Of a stretch of DNA of 64,000 nt, positions 1-12,714 are shown in pieces. Source of the stretch: Vezdaea acicularis (lineage: Eukaryota); NCBI GenBank assembly GCA_026025075.1, contig JAPEUI010000057.1, positions 1 through 64,000 on the forward strand, read 5' to 3'. Position numbers and translations under genes: made by a program. The stretch's first letter is position 1. Every line of letters starts with the position of its first letter. Under the pieces are notes generated by a model. The model did not search any database. It saw only the letters and a list, made by a program, of their open reading frames with translations, and had not been told where the DNA came from.

Positions 1-841
1 ACGAATCTCTGCTTTATGCTTGCGGTCTACGTGAAATTTACGGTCTCTTGCTCCGACATGGTTTTCCAGGTCAAATTGTGACGGATTCGTGAAAGACATC
101 ATCAACTGCGGATACCCTGCCATAATCAGCCCAAGTAAACAATAGGTAGTGGGATTCTCTCCACCTAGAGGAAGCTTGTCCCCTCTGTCAACTTGCCAGA
201 GGTGAAATCTATATCTCAATCTACTCAGGCATCTCCCTTGACAACAATGATCTATTTATTTACGCATAGTGCACTCACGTCTTTCCATACCAACCTATTA
301 TCTCTTTCATTTCTTCAGTCTCTGCTGTCTCCCAAAGCACATCCGGGACACCGCTCGGCGCAGGCATAATCAACATTCCGCTCTTGACTTCGAAGACATG
401 GCTATGCCACAGCTTCCGCTCCTCTTCTGACAAAGTTTCAAACAAGCTCGGCGATATCATGTATTCAACACCAATAAGTCGGGCGTCTTTTGTAGGCTTA
501 TCATAGATAAGACACTGTCGAACGTCTGGCACTAAAGTAAGCAAATGAGAATATGGCATCGCAAAAGCCAAAATATAGGTGGGCATACCTGCGCTAAGAT
601 GGGTGCAATAATGATTTGACTCAACGAAGCGTTTTGGATCAGACGCGTATACGTGAAAAGCGTTGAGCCATCCGCAGACTTGCTGTACAGGAGTGAAATC
701 CTGCAACAGGATCAGTCATAGCAGGACTCAACGATAATGTTGTGGAGCGGTTACCTGAACTATTGAAGCACCACTTTCCAATACCTTACTCTTCCACGGG
801 ACAGAATGATCAAGAGGGTGTTCTCCTATATTGTCTGCCAT
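1..841 (-). CDS. DUF1264 / oil-body-associated (OBAP)-like protein; 3' end runs off the window; multi-exon
   Basis: ATG at 841 (MADNIGEH...[13 protein letters not shown]) splices to [18 protein letters not shown]; motifs [33 protein letters not shown] and [12 protein letters not shown] are typical of DUF1264. Confidence 0.8.
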
Positions 842-1505
842 TTTAGTACAGTTACACTTTTCTTCTTTATATTGACAGAAGATAAATTGAAACGGACAAT
901 CTCAAGTGTCATAAATAAATCAGAACGAAGTGTGGACGTCATTGTGACGGCGTGGTTTGACAGCTTCGTGAAGTTTAAATTTTTGCTTCTAATATCATAG
1001 GAGAAACAAGTATTATAAAGCCCCACCAAAATTGGCTCAACAAGAGCTCTGGGGAATGATGTGATTTTCCTCTTTTCAATGGAGTTTCATAGCTCAAAGA
1101 GGGTACCTGCCCATTGAATGAATTAGGGAGATCGAGATCCCACGCTACAAGGGAGATTCGCGATGTTGCCGCTAGGGAGCATGACCGATAGTCCAATGCC
1201 ACGAACGTGAAGGTCAGCCTCCAACACCGATTGTATCTGGCAATGGTGCGCAGACTTCCGCGCTTCTCTACACAGTATTCAGACATTAAATCTAGTTCAG
1301 CATTCTCATTTTTCACGATTAAAGACACATCACGCTTAGTCTCCCGCGCATCCATCAGGGCATGCATATTCCCCTAAATTCTGGATGGTTCAAGGATGAA
1401 GCCGGCTTCAAAGCCAACCCTTCGAGATAATGCGCCTCCATCGAATCGTACCTTTAGCCTCAATTCGCGGCATTCTCTAGGAGGAAGCTACACAATCTGC
1501 GCAAT

Positions 1506-4500
1506 ATGTTCCAGGTAGCTCCCGTAACAGTATCTTAGTGTTGAAGCTATTGCTGAGGTCTTGCGAAGCGGTTGAAAGGCGCAATAGACTCCACGATAGC
1601 GGAGGAGCAAGCAAGGCAGAATGCTTCCCAGCTTAGGCCCTCTCGCTCAGATTCTTCGGCACGGCGCATATCTCGAACCGGGTCCCCAGCAGTGCTCCAA
1701 CGCTTGGACCGAGATGGGGCCGCAAAAGTCTCAGACCCGTCCGACTTCGAAAAGGACCTTGACATAGATCTGCCTATTAGCATAAGAGCACAGACTCGTG
1801 GTGAGGAAGAAATAGATGATGGCGTGGATAAGCAAGAGGCGCAGCCCAAAGAGAAGGCGCATACGTATCAAGCAATTAGTCTGCCCACAGATGTACGTTC
1901 AAGGCTCAGGAAGCTGGATCGACTCGAGCCACGATATAAGGGTAGGTTTTCGTGGCATTGGATATTCGTGTATCTGCTAATAGAATTAGAGTTGCTCCGC
2001 TCCTATCGAATCGCTCATACTCGGGTTCAATTTGTCGAACCTTTTGAGGCTGCACTCCGTGAAAACACGCCGTTAACATCTATAAATGACACTGCAGCCC
2101 TCATAGAATATCTTAATCAGGTTAATGTGAAGAGCAACATGGTTATGGACGAATTGAAAAGGGTCTCTATGGAGCGTGATTCGTATAAACAAAAAGTTGA
2201 AGAAACATCTAGGGAGGAATCACATAACCAAACGAGGAATAGAGAGCATTTAGTTGAGAACCCTAAGGACTCTGCGAATATTGAGAAGCCAGGCAAGGCC
2301 TTGGAAATTCCCGCCAGCGAGGAGCTGTTTTCATACGATGACGAACTAGTCCGGCTAGAAACAGAATTGCGTGAACGTGAAGTTGAAGTAAAAGCTCTAC
2401 AAGCTGATCTGTCCGTTGCTCGAGAGTCTGGTGCAAGCATGGCTCAGAGCCTGGAAGCGGTAAGTAAAGAGGTTTCGGAGCAGCGCTCAACAAACCTGCA
2501 GCTTCTTGCCAGGTCTGAGACTTTCGAGAGTATTGTCAGCAAGTTACGGTCCCAGCTCGAACAGGGCGAGAGAAGACAAATGGAACTTTCGGAAGCACTA
2601 CAACAAAAGGAAGAATTACTAGAGGCTCTAGGAAATCGTCAAGTCGGCCTTGGCACTTCGACGCTTCCAGATAACAGCTCGCTATTGGACGGGGATTCGG
2701 CCAGGGAAGCATCAGCGCGTGAGATTTCCGTAGGATCAGCCGGTGACGCCAAAAAGAAAAGTAAGAGGAAACGCAAAGGTGGAAACCCCAAAGTGGCAAT
2801 AGAGAAAGTAGATGCCGAAGGGGCCAAGCAGGACCACGTTGAGAAGACACAACTTACCGGACATCTTCCACTACTTCAAGACCTACAGCAGCGCATTCTC
2901 TCACTTACTACCCAGCTAGAAGAAAAGGAGGACGAGATCCTAAAGTTTCGTAATAAGTTGCAGAGTGAAGGGAACCTTCAAGAAGCAGTCGAGAATCTGC
3001 AAAAAGACCTAATAAATATCCGACAAGAACATCTTCAGGCGAAAGATAGGATTCGAAGCCTTGTGTCTGGAAAGAAAAGCTTGGAGAAAAAGATTACTGA
3101 GTTAGAGACCGACCTTCCTATGCACGCCGCTAACGAAATAGATACTCACGCAACAGAACTAGAAGATAATAGGACTGAGTCGATCATCCTGCAGGCCGAT
3201 CTTGCGGCTAGCGAGAAGCTTGCTGCTTCGAGGTACAAAGAGAATATTGAGACGCAAAATCTACTACAAAGCGCCCATACTGAGGTAATCTCACTCAGAG
3301 AAGAAGTGGGATCTCTCCGTTCTGCAAAGGAAGATATTGTTTCGAAAGTTTCGAAGATAGAGATGCTTGAAAGCCGTCAGACTCAGCTACAGGACGAAGT
3401 CACAAATCTTCAAGTCCAGATTTCTGAACGTGATCTACAAATCAAGACGCTTCGGGAAAAGATATTGCAAGAAAGTAACGCACGGGTCATATCAGAGGAC
3501 GCTCGCCGACTCTTAACGGGCGATCTTCGGAAGCTACAGTCAGAGAACCAAGCTGTTGAACGAAAGCTCCGGGATGTATCTAACATGCATAGTGCAAAGG
3601 CTCGGAATCTTGAAGAGCTTGTGGCGAAGCTCACAACAGAAAAGGAGATGTTACGAGAAGAAATGGAGTCGAAGACGGAACAGCATGTGAATGTACAGGG
3701 TCTCATGCGCGATCAAATTACAGAGATGGGTATGCAAGTGAGAGAGGCTGTAGAGAAGAGTGAAAGCCTTGAGGAGGAAGTCACTCATGCTGATCGCCTG
3801 CTCAGCGAGAGGGCTAGGGAAGCAGAAACAATGAGAAGGTTACTAGCGGAGTCAGAGAGCAGGACTGATGTTAAAGTAAGGGGAATGCATATCAAACTGA
3901 TGGAAGTAATTGAGGAGAGGGATAGAGCGGAAGACGAAGCAAGTACGCTTTCAAGAAAAATGGCAAGAGAGTCGGAAGAACTAAAGACAAAATTGAGGGT
4001 GGCAGAAAGGGGGCTAACGCGAGCTAAAGAAGAGAGGGAAGATCTGGAGAAAGATGCAAAAGACTGGCGCAAGAAACAAGAGGAACTCCATGATAAGGCG
4101 GAGCGATCTTCTACTGAGGTGGAAGACATGCGAAAAGCCATGAACGAACTTCGAGACGCTCTTGATGATAGCGAGCACCAGATCAGGGATCTTGAGAAAC
4201 AGAGAACGGATCTGCAGCGAAAACTAGAGGATAACCGACGGCGTTCAGAGAAACCACAAAAAGCTTATCAAGTATGCAAATTCTCAAGTCTGTGGTACAT
4301 TTACTAATTGCTACAGTCTGTGGCGGACGAGTTTGGGTCGGTGCAGTCCAAGATAAGGGACCATCATTCAATAAAACAGGATTCTCGATCATCGGTTGAT
4401 TCTTCGCGGGCGCCCCATCAAACACGGGGTGCATTACCATTCGACAAATCGTCACGGACGCTCTCTCAAACACGAGATATAGCGCCCTCCATCGATTCAT

Positions 4501-4742
4501 CTCGCTCTCTGTCTCGGACACGAGAGACAATACCAGCGGCTCAGATGGATTACATCTATTTGAAGAATATACTCTTGCAATTTCTTGAACAAAAGGATAA
4601 GAAGCATCAGATGCAATTAATACCAGTGCTAGGAATGCTATTGCACTTTGATGGGTGAGTTGTGACTTTCTTAGAACGAACCATTCTAACTCTGATTAGG
4701 AAGGATGAACAGCAGTGGATGTCTGCAATTGCTGCGAAGTGA
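1506..4742 (+). CDS. IMH1: GRIP-domain coiled-coil golgin (Imh1-like)
   Basis: MFQ exon then RLKGAIDSTIAEEQARQ; ~900 aa coiled coil; C-terminal GRIP motif DYIYLKNILLQFLEQKDKKHQMQLIPVLGMLLHF; last exon ends TGA at 4740-4742. Confidence 0.85.
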
Positions 4743-4867
4743 TACTACGGTAAAGGGCAGAATGCATGAATAGCATGCTTATGTGCATGATAGAGCACAC
4801 TTGATAAGATGCTAATTACGGTCCGTCTAAATTCGCCTATGAACGAGCCGTTTTCCATAATCATATA

Positions 4868-5470
4868 CGAGTCGATCGCAAAAAAGTCCCCCCACTGGCG
4901 AAACGAGCATATCAATAGCGATGCAGAAAGGGGAGCGAACGCCACAACAAACGGCAGGAAGGTGTTCAAATCAATGGCGTAGATAGTCTAGAGTTTAATG
5001 AAAGTATTTTAACAAAATGATAAATGTGCACAAGCCTATAAAAGGGTTGAAGCCTACAGTGGGCTTTTGCGTGCACCGCATATGGATTGATTGTGAGACG
5101 CGCGAAATCACCATATTCTATAGATGAAACATTACAGATTCAAACATGCTTTAAAGATCTATATTACATGGCCTTATTAGCATGTCACAGAGCGCCAATG
5201 CTGTTGTTGAGCAGAGGCGTTTATCCAGACCGTCTACCACAGCCAACTTGCTTTGAGCGACTCTTGCGACTCTCACAAATTGTCCTGCAGTTGGAGCGTT
5301 TTCACACCAAATCTTTTGATTAGGATTTTACTATTATGAAGAGTATATACATCATCATTTTTGAGAGTTTCCAAGGCTTATGGGTGTGTGATGGCGATGG
5401 CATAGCGATAGTTCCTTCAACGTTGTCTCGCCAAGTTTCTGAAGGGGGGTACTTTTTTGCGATCGACTCG
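4868..5470. mobile_element. Non-autonomous Tc1/mariner-type element (MITE-like) flanked by TA
   Basis: CGAGTCGATCGCAAAAAAGT at 4868-4887 and its exact reverse complement at 5451-5470, with similarity continuing into C6/G6 tracts; TA at 4866-4867 and 5471-5472; AT-rich interior with no long ORF. Confidence 0.7.
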
Positions 5471-5944
5471 TAGTGATCTTGTCAGCCAATGCCTTGATGC
5501 GCTTTAGCGACCCCACGAATTTGCAACTTCCTTTCGTAACGATTGGTTCTATATTCGTATTAAAGTATTTTTGTTGCGCAAATTCCTTTTCGCGCTTTAG
5601 GAGTGAAGATAATCATATAATACCCTCCATTGCATAATGACGGCCCCTGAATGAGGGCAGAAACATCGGTAGAGGGTAATTAATTTGCGAACAATCAATC
5701 TCACTTTGACTCGTTCGGACCTCTTCATAAAGTTCTTGATGCGCTCGGCTGGGTTTCATCAATCTCCGTTCTTAAGCGAGAATCTCTGAACTGCTGGCAA
5801 AGAACGATGGCAACGATGACAACCCGTGCGAGCAGATAACACAAGGGAAAGGCTCCGGGCCCGCTCAGAATTTCGAACGCCATGACTTCCCGTCACTTTA
5901 GATCAAACGACTGCTTCTCGCAGGTCTTGTGAATCTTAGACGCC

Positions 5945-7258
5945 ATGGTGTCCCTCTGGCCATGGAGGGTAAATTCTCTATTCGCGATCTACTCGCCTCT
6001 GATTTAACATTGTTAGGTCGACGATGTCTCCGCGGCCTCTTTTGAGAAGACTTTGTCTTCTCTAAGCTCGAAACTTCAAAAGTCGAACGCACAACTAGAT
6101 CAACTCCGGCAGACTTCTCGGAGGATCAGGGCACTATGGACTCTGTACACAAGCTTTGCATACATGCTCTACTCGATTATATTAGCATTGGCTGTTGGAT
6201 GGCATAACTGGGGAAGCGTAGAGTATTCAGCTATCATTAGTGGCCCTGTAATGTGAGCTTACCATCAATACTCGATACTACGTCATACAAACTCATTCAT
6301 ACGCAGCATATATATTGTACGCCTCCTGTTCACGGCCTACTACAATTATCGCATATCTTCGATCACAGCGAGAGTAGGGAGCCTTCAAAAAGAAAAAGAT
6401 AGCACTATTGAGAAGCTGAAAGCAGCAACCAAGTATAACACAACACAAGAGCTACTTGAAAAGTACGGGGCTGCCCCTACATCAGTTCAAAGCACCCCAC
6501 AACCTGCGAAAGGCCGAAAAGGAAAGTCTGGTAATGAGACTCCAAAGTCAAGGACGCTGATTGCCAGCAATGAGGTCCCGAGGCGAACTGGGATAACTCC
6601 TCCGCCGACGGCGAACTTATCACGAGGTAGTCCAGCAGCAGTCGAACCCACCATATCTCCATCGATGACTCTTATCTCTAGCCATATTGGACAATCCTAC
6701 ACTCCCTCGCCACTTGGCAACTCGCATGGTAGTTTGATTAACGAGGAAATCAAGTCCGCAAAAAACACTTATAATAACTCTCTCGCCCCTGCACAATACT
6801 CTGCGACCAGCCAGCCGCAGTGGTACGACCGCGTCTTTGACCTGCTTATGGGGGAAGATGAAACACTTCCAAGAAACCGAATAGCACTAATATGTGGCAA
6901 TTGTCGGCTGGTAAATGGACAGGCTCCTCCAGGAACTCAAAGTTTGGAAGAGATTGGTAGATGGAGATGTGGTGGTTGTGGAGGGTGGAACGGTGTAGAG
7001 GCTGAGGCGAAGAAGCTTGTAGCCGAAATGCGAGAGCAAGCTAAGACAGATGACGAAGCCAGCTCAGAACTTGCTGTGGCTTCCGATAGAGAGAGCCACG
7101 AATCCTCTGACGAACATATTCTCATACCGGCCGAGGCAGATCATGCAGGAGACACCTCAAGTAACACGGATCTTTTAGGCGATGACGATAGCAGTGAAAA
7201 GTACATTCCGAAAGTAAAGAGAGGCAGGCCGAAGCGAAATAAAAGGGGGGAAAGCTGA
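5945..7258 (+). CDS. LNP1: Lunapark ER junction protein
   Basis: MVSLWPW start, two TM segments, IEKLKAATKYNTTQELLEKYG, WYDRVFDLLMGEDE and the C4 zinc finger ICGNCRLVNG...WRCGGC; two introns. Confidence 0.9.
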
Positions 7259-8155
7259 TGAGAACAAAAAAGTCTACGACGATTAGCTATTGCTGCTCAT
7301 GAACAAAGCCGAGATGATGCATGCTAGGCTAATATAGGCCCAACAACCCTTTATCTGATATTCACCGTCTTCACATATGAATGGACCATTCAGGCTGAGC
7401 ACTTCAAGGAGCGTTCCCAGCTACGACTTGACTATTGTAGGATGTAATAATGACTCAATTGAAATTCTTGAACACTTTGCTTTTTCTTTCAGAAAACAGA
7501 ACAACACCGTATATTCTTGTGGTTAATAATTATTGAAAATTCAGTATTTGATTGTCTTCATGCGCTCTTAGGAACTTAGACCTGTGAAGTATTGGTTGTA
7601 AAGAGTCTGGTGGAAGCCTGCAAACCACATCTATGTCAGGCCCCACACTCACTGCCCGACAACGGAGCTTTGACATGTCGTAAGCGAGGACAATCCCCCA
7701 CATCACCACAATGTTTTCTTTTAGTCACTTTGGATTTGTGTTGCATCAGGTACGTAGTCCGCTTTCACTCCTACCAATGTCCAAAGGTACATAATTTCTG
7801 ATCAAAATTAGGTCAGTATTTGGCTTGTGCGTTTGCTTGACAATCCAACGTAGCCATAAATCGAAACGATATACTTGTGGTGCATGCTTCGACAACTAGC
7901 AGACCGGTGGGCTCGGGTTCGGTATCTTGGCTAGCAGAGCCACTCGGCGGGGTACTTTCTTCTATATCAGTGTGTTGAGATGTGAGTGGCTCTCCATTAT
8001 TTTCAGTACCTTGTCTTTGGTTGGGAATTGGAATCTTCCTTATTTAGCCATATGAAGATGGCGTGAGCTTGCCTCGTTAAACTACTTCCGTATTTAATGA
8101 CTTACACTGACTTAACCGTACATTTATGTAGACTAGAGGGTTCATCGTTGCGAAC

Positions 8156-10241
8156 ATGCATATCAAAGACAAATTGGCGGAGGCTGAGCGAACGGGGAAG
8201 CCGATGTTCTCGTTCGAGTTCTTCCCTCCTAAGACCGCCCAGGTAATTCACTGACTCAATGGCCTCTTATCCGCCGTCAAACGAATTGCTAACGTGTAGC
8301 GGTTCTACAGGGCGTCCAAAACCTTTATGACAGTATGAATGAACCAAATTGAGGATATCCCAACGCTTTACAGCATCTAACAAATGTCAGGGATGGATCG
8401 TATGCATGCTCTTGGTCCTAGTTTCATTGACATCACATGGGGAGCCGGTGGTCGACTCTCTCATCTGACTTGTGAAATGGTCAACGTCGCTCAGTCTGTA
8501 TATGGGTTAGAGACGTGCATGCACTTGACATGCACAGACATGGAAAAGGAGAAGGTCGACAAAGCGCTGAAAGACGCATACAAAACCGGATGTACCAACA
8601 TTCTGGCCTTAAGGGGAGACCCGCCTAGAGAAAAGGAAAAATGGAAAGCTGTTGAGGGAGGATTCCAGTACGCCAAAGACCTTGTTAAATATATTCGTGC
8701 AGCTTATGGGAATCACTTTGATATTGGTGTTGCTGGTTACCCGGAAGGCTGCGACGATCAAGATGACCCAGATTTACTCATGGAACACCTAAAAGAAAAG
8801 GTCGATGCTGGCGGCACATTCATTGTGACACAAATGTTCTATGACGCCGATATATTCTTAGCCTGGGTGAAGAAGTGTCGGGAAAAGGGCATTACTGTCC
8901 CAATTGTTCCCGGGATTATGCCGATTCATACTTATGCTGCCTTCATTCGGCGCGCTAATTGGGCGAAATGCCATATACCTCCGAAATGGTTATCTGCGCT
9001 AGATCCCGTGAAAAATGATGATGTGGCAGTAAGGGAGGTTGGAAAAGGGCTTGTTGTTGAGCTTTGTCGCAAGATACTAGATGCCGGTATTCTTCATCTG
9101 CATTTGTAGGTAAAAATCCCACATCCATCTTAATGCTAGTACTTACAACACGTAGTTACACTATGAACCTTGCCCAGGCAACACGAATGATCCTAGATGA
9201 GCTTGATCTTGCTCCGTCCCAAGGTACACCCCTCAAACAATCACTACCTTGGCGGCAATCTCTTGGATTAAACCGAAGAGACGAGAACGTCCGACCGATC
9301 TTCTGGAGAAACCGAAACAAGTCATATGTTGTCCGGACTCAGGATTGGGATGAGTTTCCAAACGGAAGGTGGGGCGACTCGAGATCGCCAGCATTCGGAA
9401 GCCTCGACGCCTACGGCATTGGTCTCAAGGGTACCAACGAACAAAATATTAAGATATGGGGCTACCCATGTACCATCCGAGATGTATCCAATCTATTCAT
9501 GCGCTATCTAATGAATGAAATCGACAGCCTCCCATGGAGTGAGACTTCAATCACAAGTGAAGCCGACGTGATTAAAGCTGATTTGCTTGACCTAAACCGT
9601 CGCGGCCTGCTCACCGTTAACTCTCAACCTGCTGTCGATGGGGAGAAGTCATCGCACCCCGTCTATGGCTGGGGACCCCAAAATGGATACGTCTACCAGA
9701 AGGCATACCTCGAGCTTTTTGTCTCGCCAGAAAATATTGAAGAGCTCATTACACGCATCGAGAAGGAAGTGGATATCACTTACTATGCCGTCAGCAATTC
9801 AGGAAATCTACGAACAAATGCTGCGGGCGATGGACCGAACGCTGTTACATGGGGTGTTTTCCCTGGAAAGGAGATTGTGCAACCGACGATAGTTGAAACG
9901 ATCAGCTTCCTCGCATGGAAGGATGAGGCTTTCCGCCTAGGAATGGATTGGGCACATTGCTACCCTTCATCTAGCCCAAGTCGGGAGTTGATTGAGAATT
10001 TGATGGGGACGTGGCATTTGGTGAATATAGGTTTGCTTCCCATCGCTCGACTACCCCAACATCAGTTGCTAAGAGATCATATGCAGTACATAATGACTTT
10101 CATCAGAGCCATGGACTTTTCCCTCTTTTCAAAGGTTTGGGGGTGGGCAAAATGGATGACGTAATGTCTGATGTAAAAGTCAATGGTAGTGCGCCGCATC
10201 TAAACGGAGTTGCGAACCATTTTATTCGTAAAGAAACATAA
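8156..10241 (+). CDS. MET13: Methylenetetrahydrofolate reductase (Met13-like)
   Basis: FSFEFFPPKTAQ, FIDITWGAGG, MHLTCT, NILALRGDPP, TQMFYD and a C-terminal regulatory domain (WDEFPNGRWGDSRSPAFG, NAVTWGVFPGKE); four introns within the CDS. Confidence 0.95.
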
Positions 10242-10563
10242 TTCGCCTTGAATACGTACAAGCGCATTGCATAACAGAAGCGAAGGAGTCAATTTCAACA
10301 TAATGTGGCAACGCCTTAAGAAATTACACGCATAGCTGCATCCAAGGCGCCGGTCTGCAAACTTCAACATGTTTGGCGTTTCCTCTATCCATGAGAGAAG
10401 GTGGGGGAAGCGAGGATAGCTCTAGCATCATTTGTTCGCACATCTGCGTGTACTCAACAAAGCATCTGGAGAGAGAGAAATATTGTCTCTTCATACTGAA
10501 GTAGTATAGAGAACAGTGCCCCCTGAAAAGATCTAAAGCTATGCGCATAGAGATCTTTCGCAC

Positions 10564-11916
10564 TTAGCTACATCCTCCGTTCACATCTCCACTCTCTAGC
10601 TCGATGCCCCTTTTCTTATCCTCCATTAACTCACGTAATGAAGTCACCAAGTTCTGCACCCCGTTCAAAGATGTCTGGTGATGAAATACCAGCCTCCCAG
10701 ATGGGAAGACAAACACACCCCTCCCTTTGCACCGACTAACAATTGCTGCTGCAGGAATTGCTACTGCCTCTAGGTCCAATATAATCATATTCGTTTGGAC
10801 TGGCGAAGCAAATTTGTACCCAACCTCCTCCAATTGACTGGCTGCACGCGCTGTAAGCTGGTGCACGCTCCTTAATCGCGGCAACGTATATTTCAGCGCT
10901 GCGCTAGCTGCAGCAGCCATCATACCAGGCTGCCTTGCGCCACCACCGAACATCTTACGAAACCACTTTGCACGGGCGACAAAAGCAGACGAGCCCACAA
11001 TCACACTTCCCATGGGCGCGCCTACACCTTTCGCGAGACAGAGACTAATGCTATCAAAGCAAGCGCAATAAGCCTTCAATTTGTCGTGGAAGTCTGACTC
11101 GGACGACTCTCCGATAACACCGTCAAATATGCGGGCTCCGTCAAGATGCATCGCTATGGGTGGCGAACCAGGAGGGACTGGGTATGATCGGACATATGAC
11201 GATATGCGCTGAGCCTCGGATAGGGGTAGAATAGTGCCAGAGAGTGTATTCTCAAGGGAGACGACGCGAGTGGGCGGATGGTGGACTAGTGGCGTTAATC
11301 AGGAAGAAGCTATTTCCACTTTGAGTTCTCTGATGGGGAAGGCGTACTATTTCCGTCAGGAATAATATGCGCCTTGACGTCTTCGAGCGTAAGGTACATC
11401 CCATTGCTTGGGTGAACACTCGTAACGCTGGCCTGGGAGAAGACAGGCAGCGCCCCGGACTCCCAGACGTGCACGTGGGCGCGGTGGTCAACTAGTACAC
11501 TATGAGGTGGCTGCGTGAGATGTGTACGCAAGCTGATCTGATTCCCCATGGTACCCGAAATTGCCCAGAGGCCCGCTTGCTTCCCAGTCAATGCACTGAT
11601 TTGGTCTTGCAGGCTATTTACGGACGGATCTCCCATGGTATCGTAGATGTCATCATTGACAGACGCATCGAGAATTGCCTGGACTTGATCAGTGGTGCCT
11701 TTTCCTCTGCATTCAGAAACGGAAATGGTAAGAAACCTGCATAATACTCTCGTTTGGGACGGTCACAACGTCGGAGCGGAAGTCATGGCTGGCTTTAGCC
11801 AACGCCTGCTTTAGATTCTCAGTGGAAGTGTAGCTAAAATTTGCTTTACTATTATGGATGAAGGAGTCCGTTGACTCCGTACTCATTGGGACTTCGGTGA
11901 TTAATGCAGGAGACAT
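10564..11916 (-). CDS. GLY1: Low-specificity L-threonine aldolase
   Basis: DFRSDVVT, SGTMGNQI, LENTLSG, MHLDGARIF and the PLP lysine motif SLCLAKGVGAPMGS, RKMFGGGARQPG. Confidence 0.9.
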
Positions 11917-12714
11917 TATTTCTAAAACCCCAATTAAGCGTTACCTCTAAATCGGAGAAGGCTCTATGTGCTTTGATGAGGTGTTGCAGTAAACGTGGCG
12001 AGCAGTGCGTATCGCGCTAGTATTTCAAGATACGCCCGAGACACCCCACTTTGAATTTGCCCGCTCTAGGCCGTTCAAAGGCATCGCGTCTTTCTGGGTT
12101 CTTTTTCGGATGCCAATGTAACCAGAACACGACATGTTCGAGTCTGTTTCCGAAAGGTAGATGATCTCCAGTACCGTCAGACGACTAGAAAGAAAAGTAA
12201 GAACAGATGCGCAATCACATTCTGATAACTAAATGCCATAACCTGCAAAAAACCTAATATGACATCAAACTGCAACCATGATTTCGCAACTTGAGAAATC
12301 ACCAAAAAGATAAACTTAAAATTCTTCTCTCGTAGTTTCCACTGCTATGGACATTACCCAATGAGTGCCCGACACCTTACTCTAGCCATAAATCCAGTTT
12401 GGGGGAGGCCTAGAGTCAGGTCGTGGGTGAGAGATATCATTATTCGTAGTTTCTAAGAGGTGGACGACAACATAATCCAGCACCCGGTCTGAAAGAACTA
12501 CCCGCATCACTTTAATCCTAGGCTTGGCCAACTTCTTCACCCACATTCTCAAATTAGATCTAGGATTTGGGGGGGGGGGGAAAGGTCGCCATGCCCAAAC
12601 GTTAGGATTCGAAAAGAGTAGTGATATCAGATATGTGAGGGAATAAGGGATATGTCTCTCAAATATTCAACTTAGGTCGCTCCATATCGATCTTTGCCAT
12701 TCTTCAGACCTACT

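Noticed and set aside
975..1367. 130-aa minus-strand ORF
   Set aside because: No recognisable motif; it lies in the short divergent promoter between the DUF1264 gene and IMH1.
12569..12580. Poly-G run
   Set aside because: Simple homopolymer with no further context.
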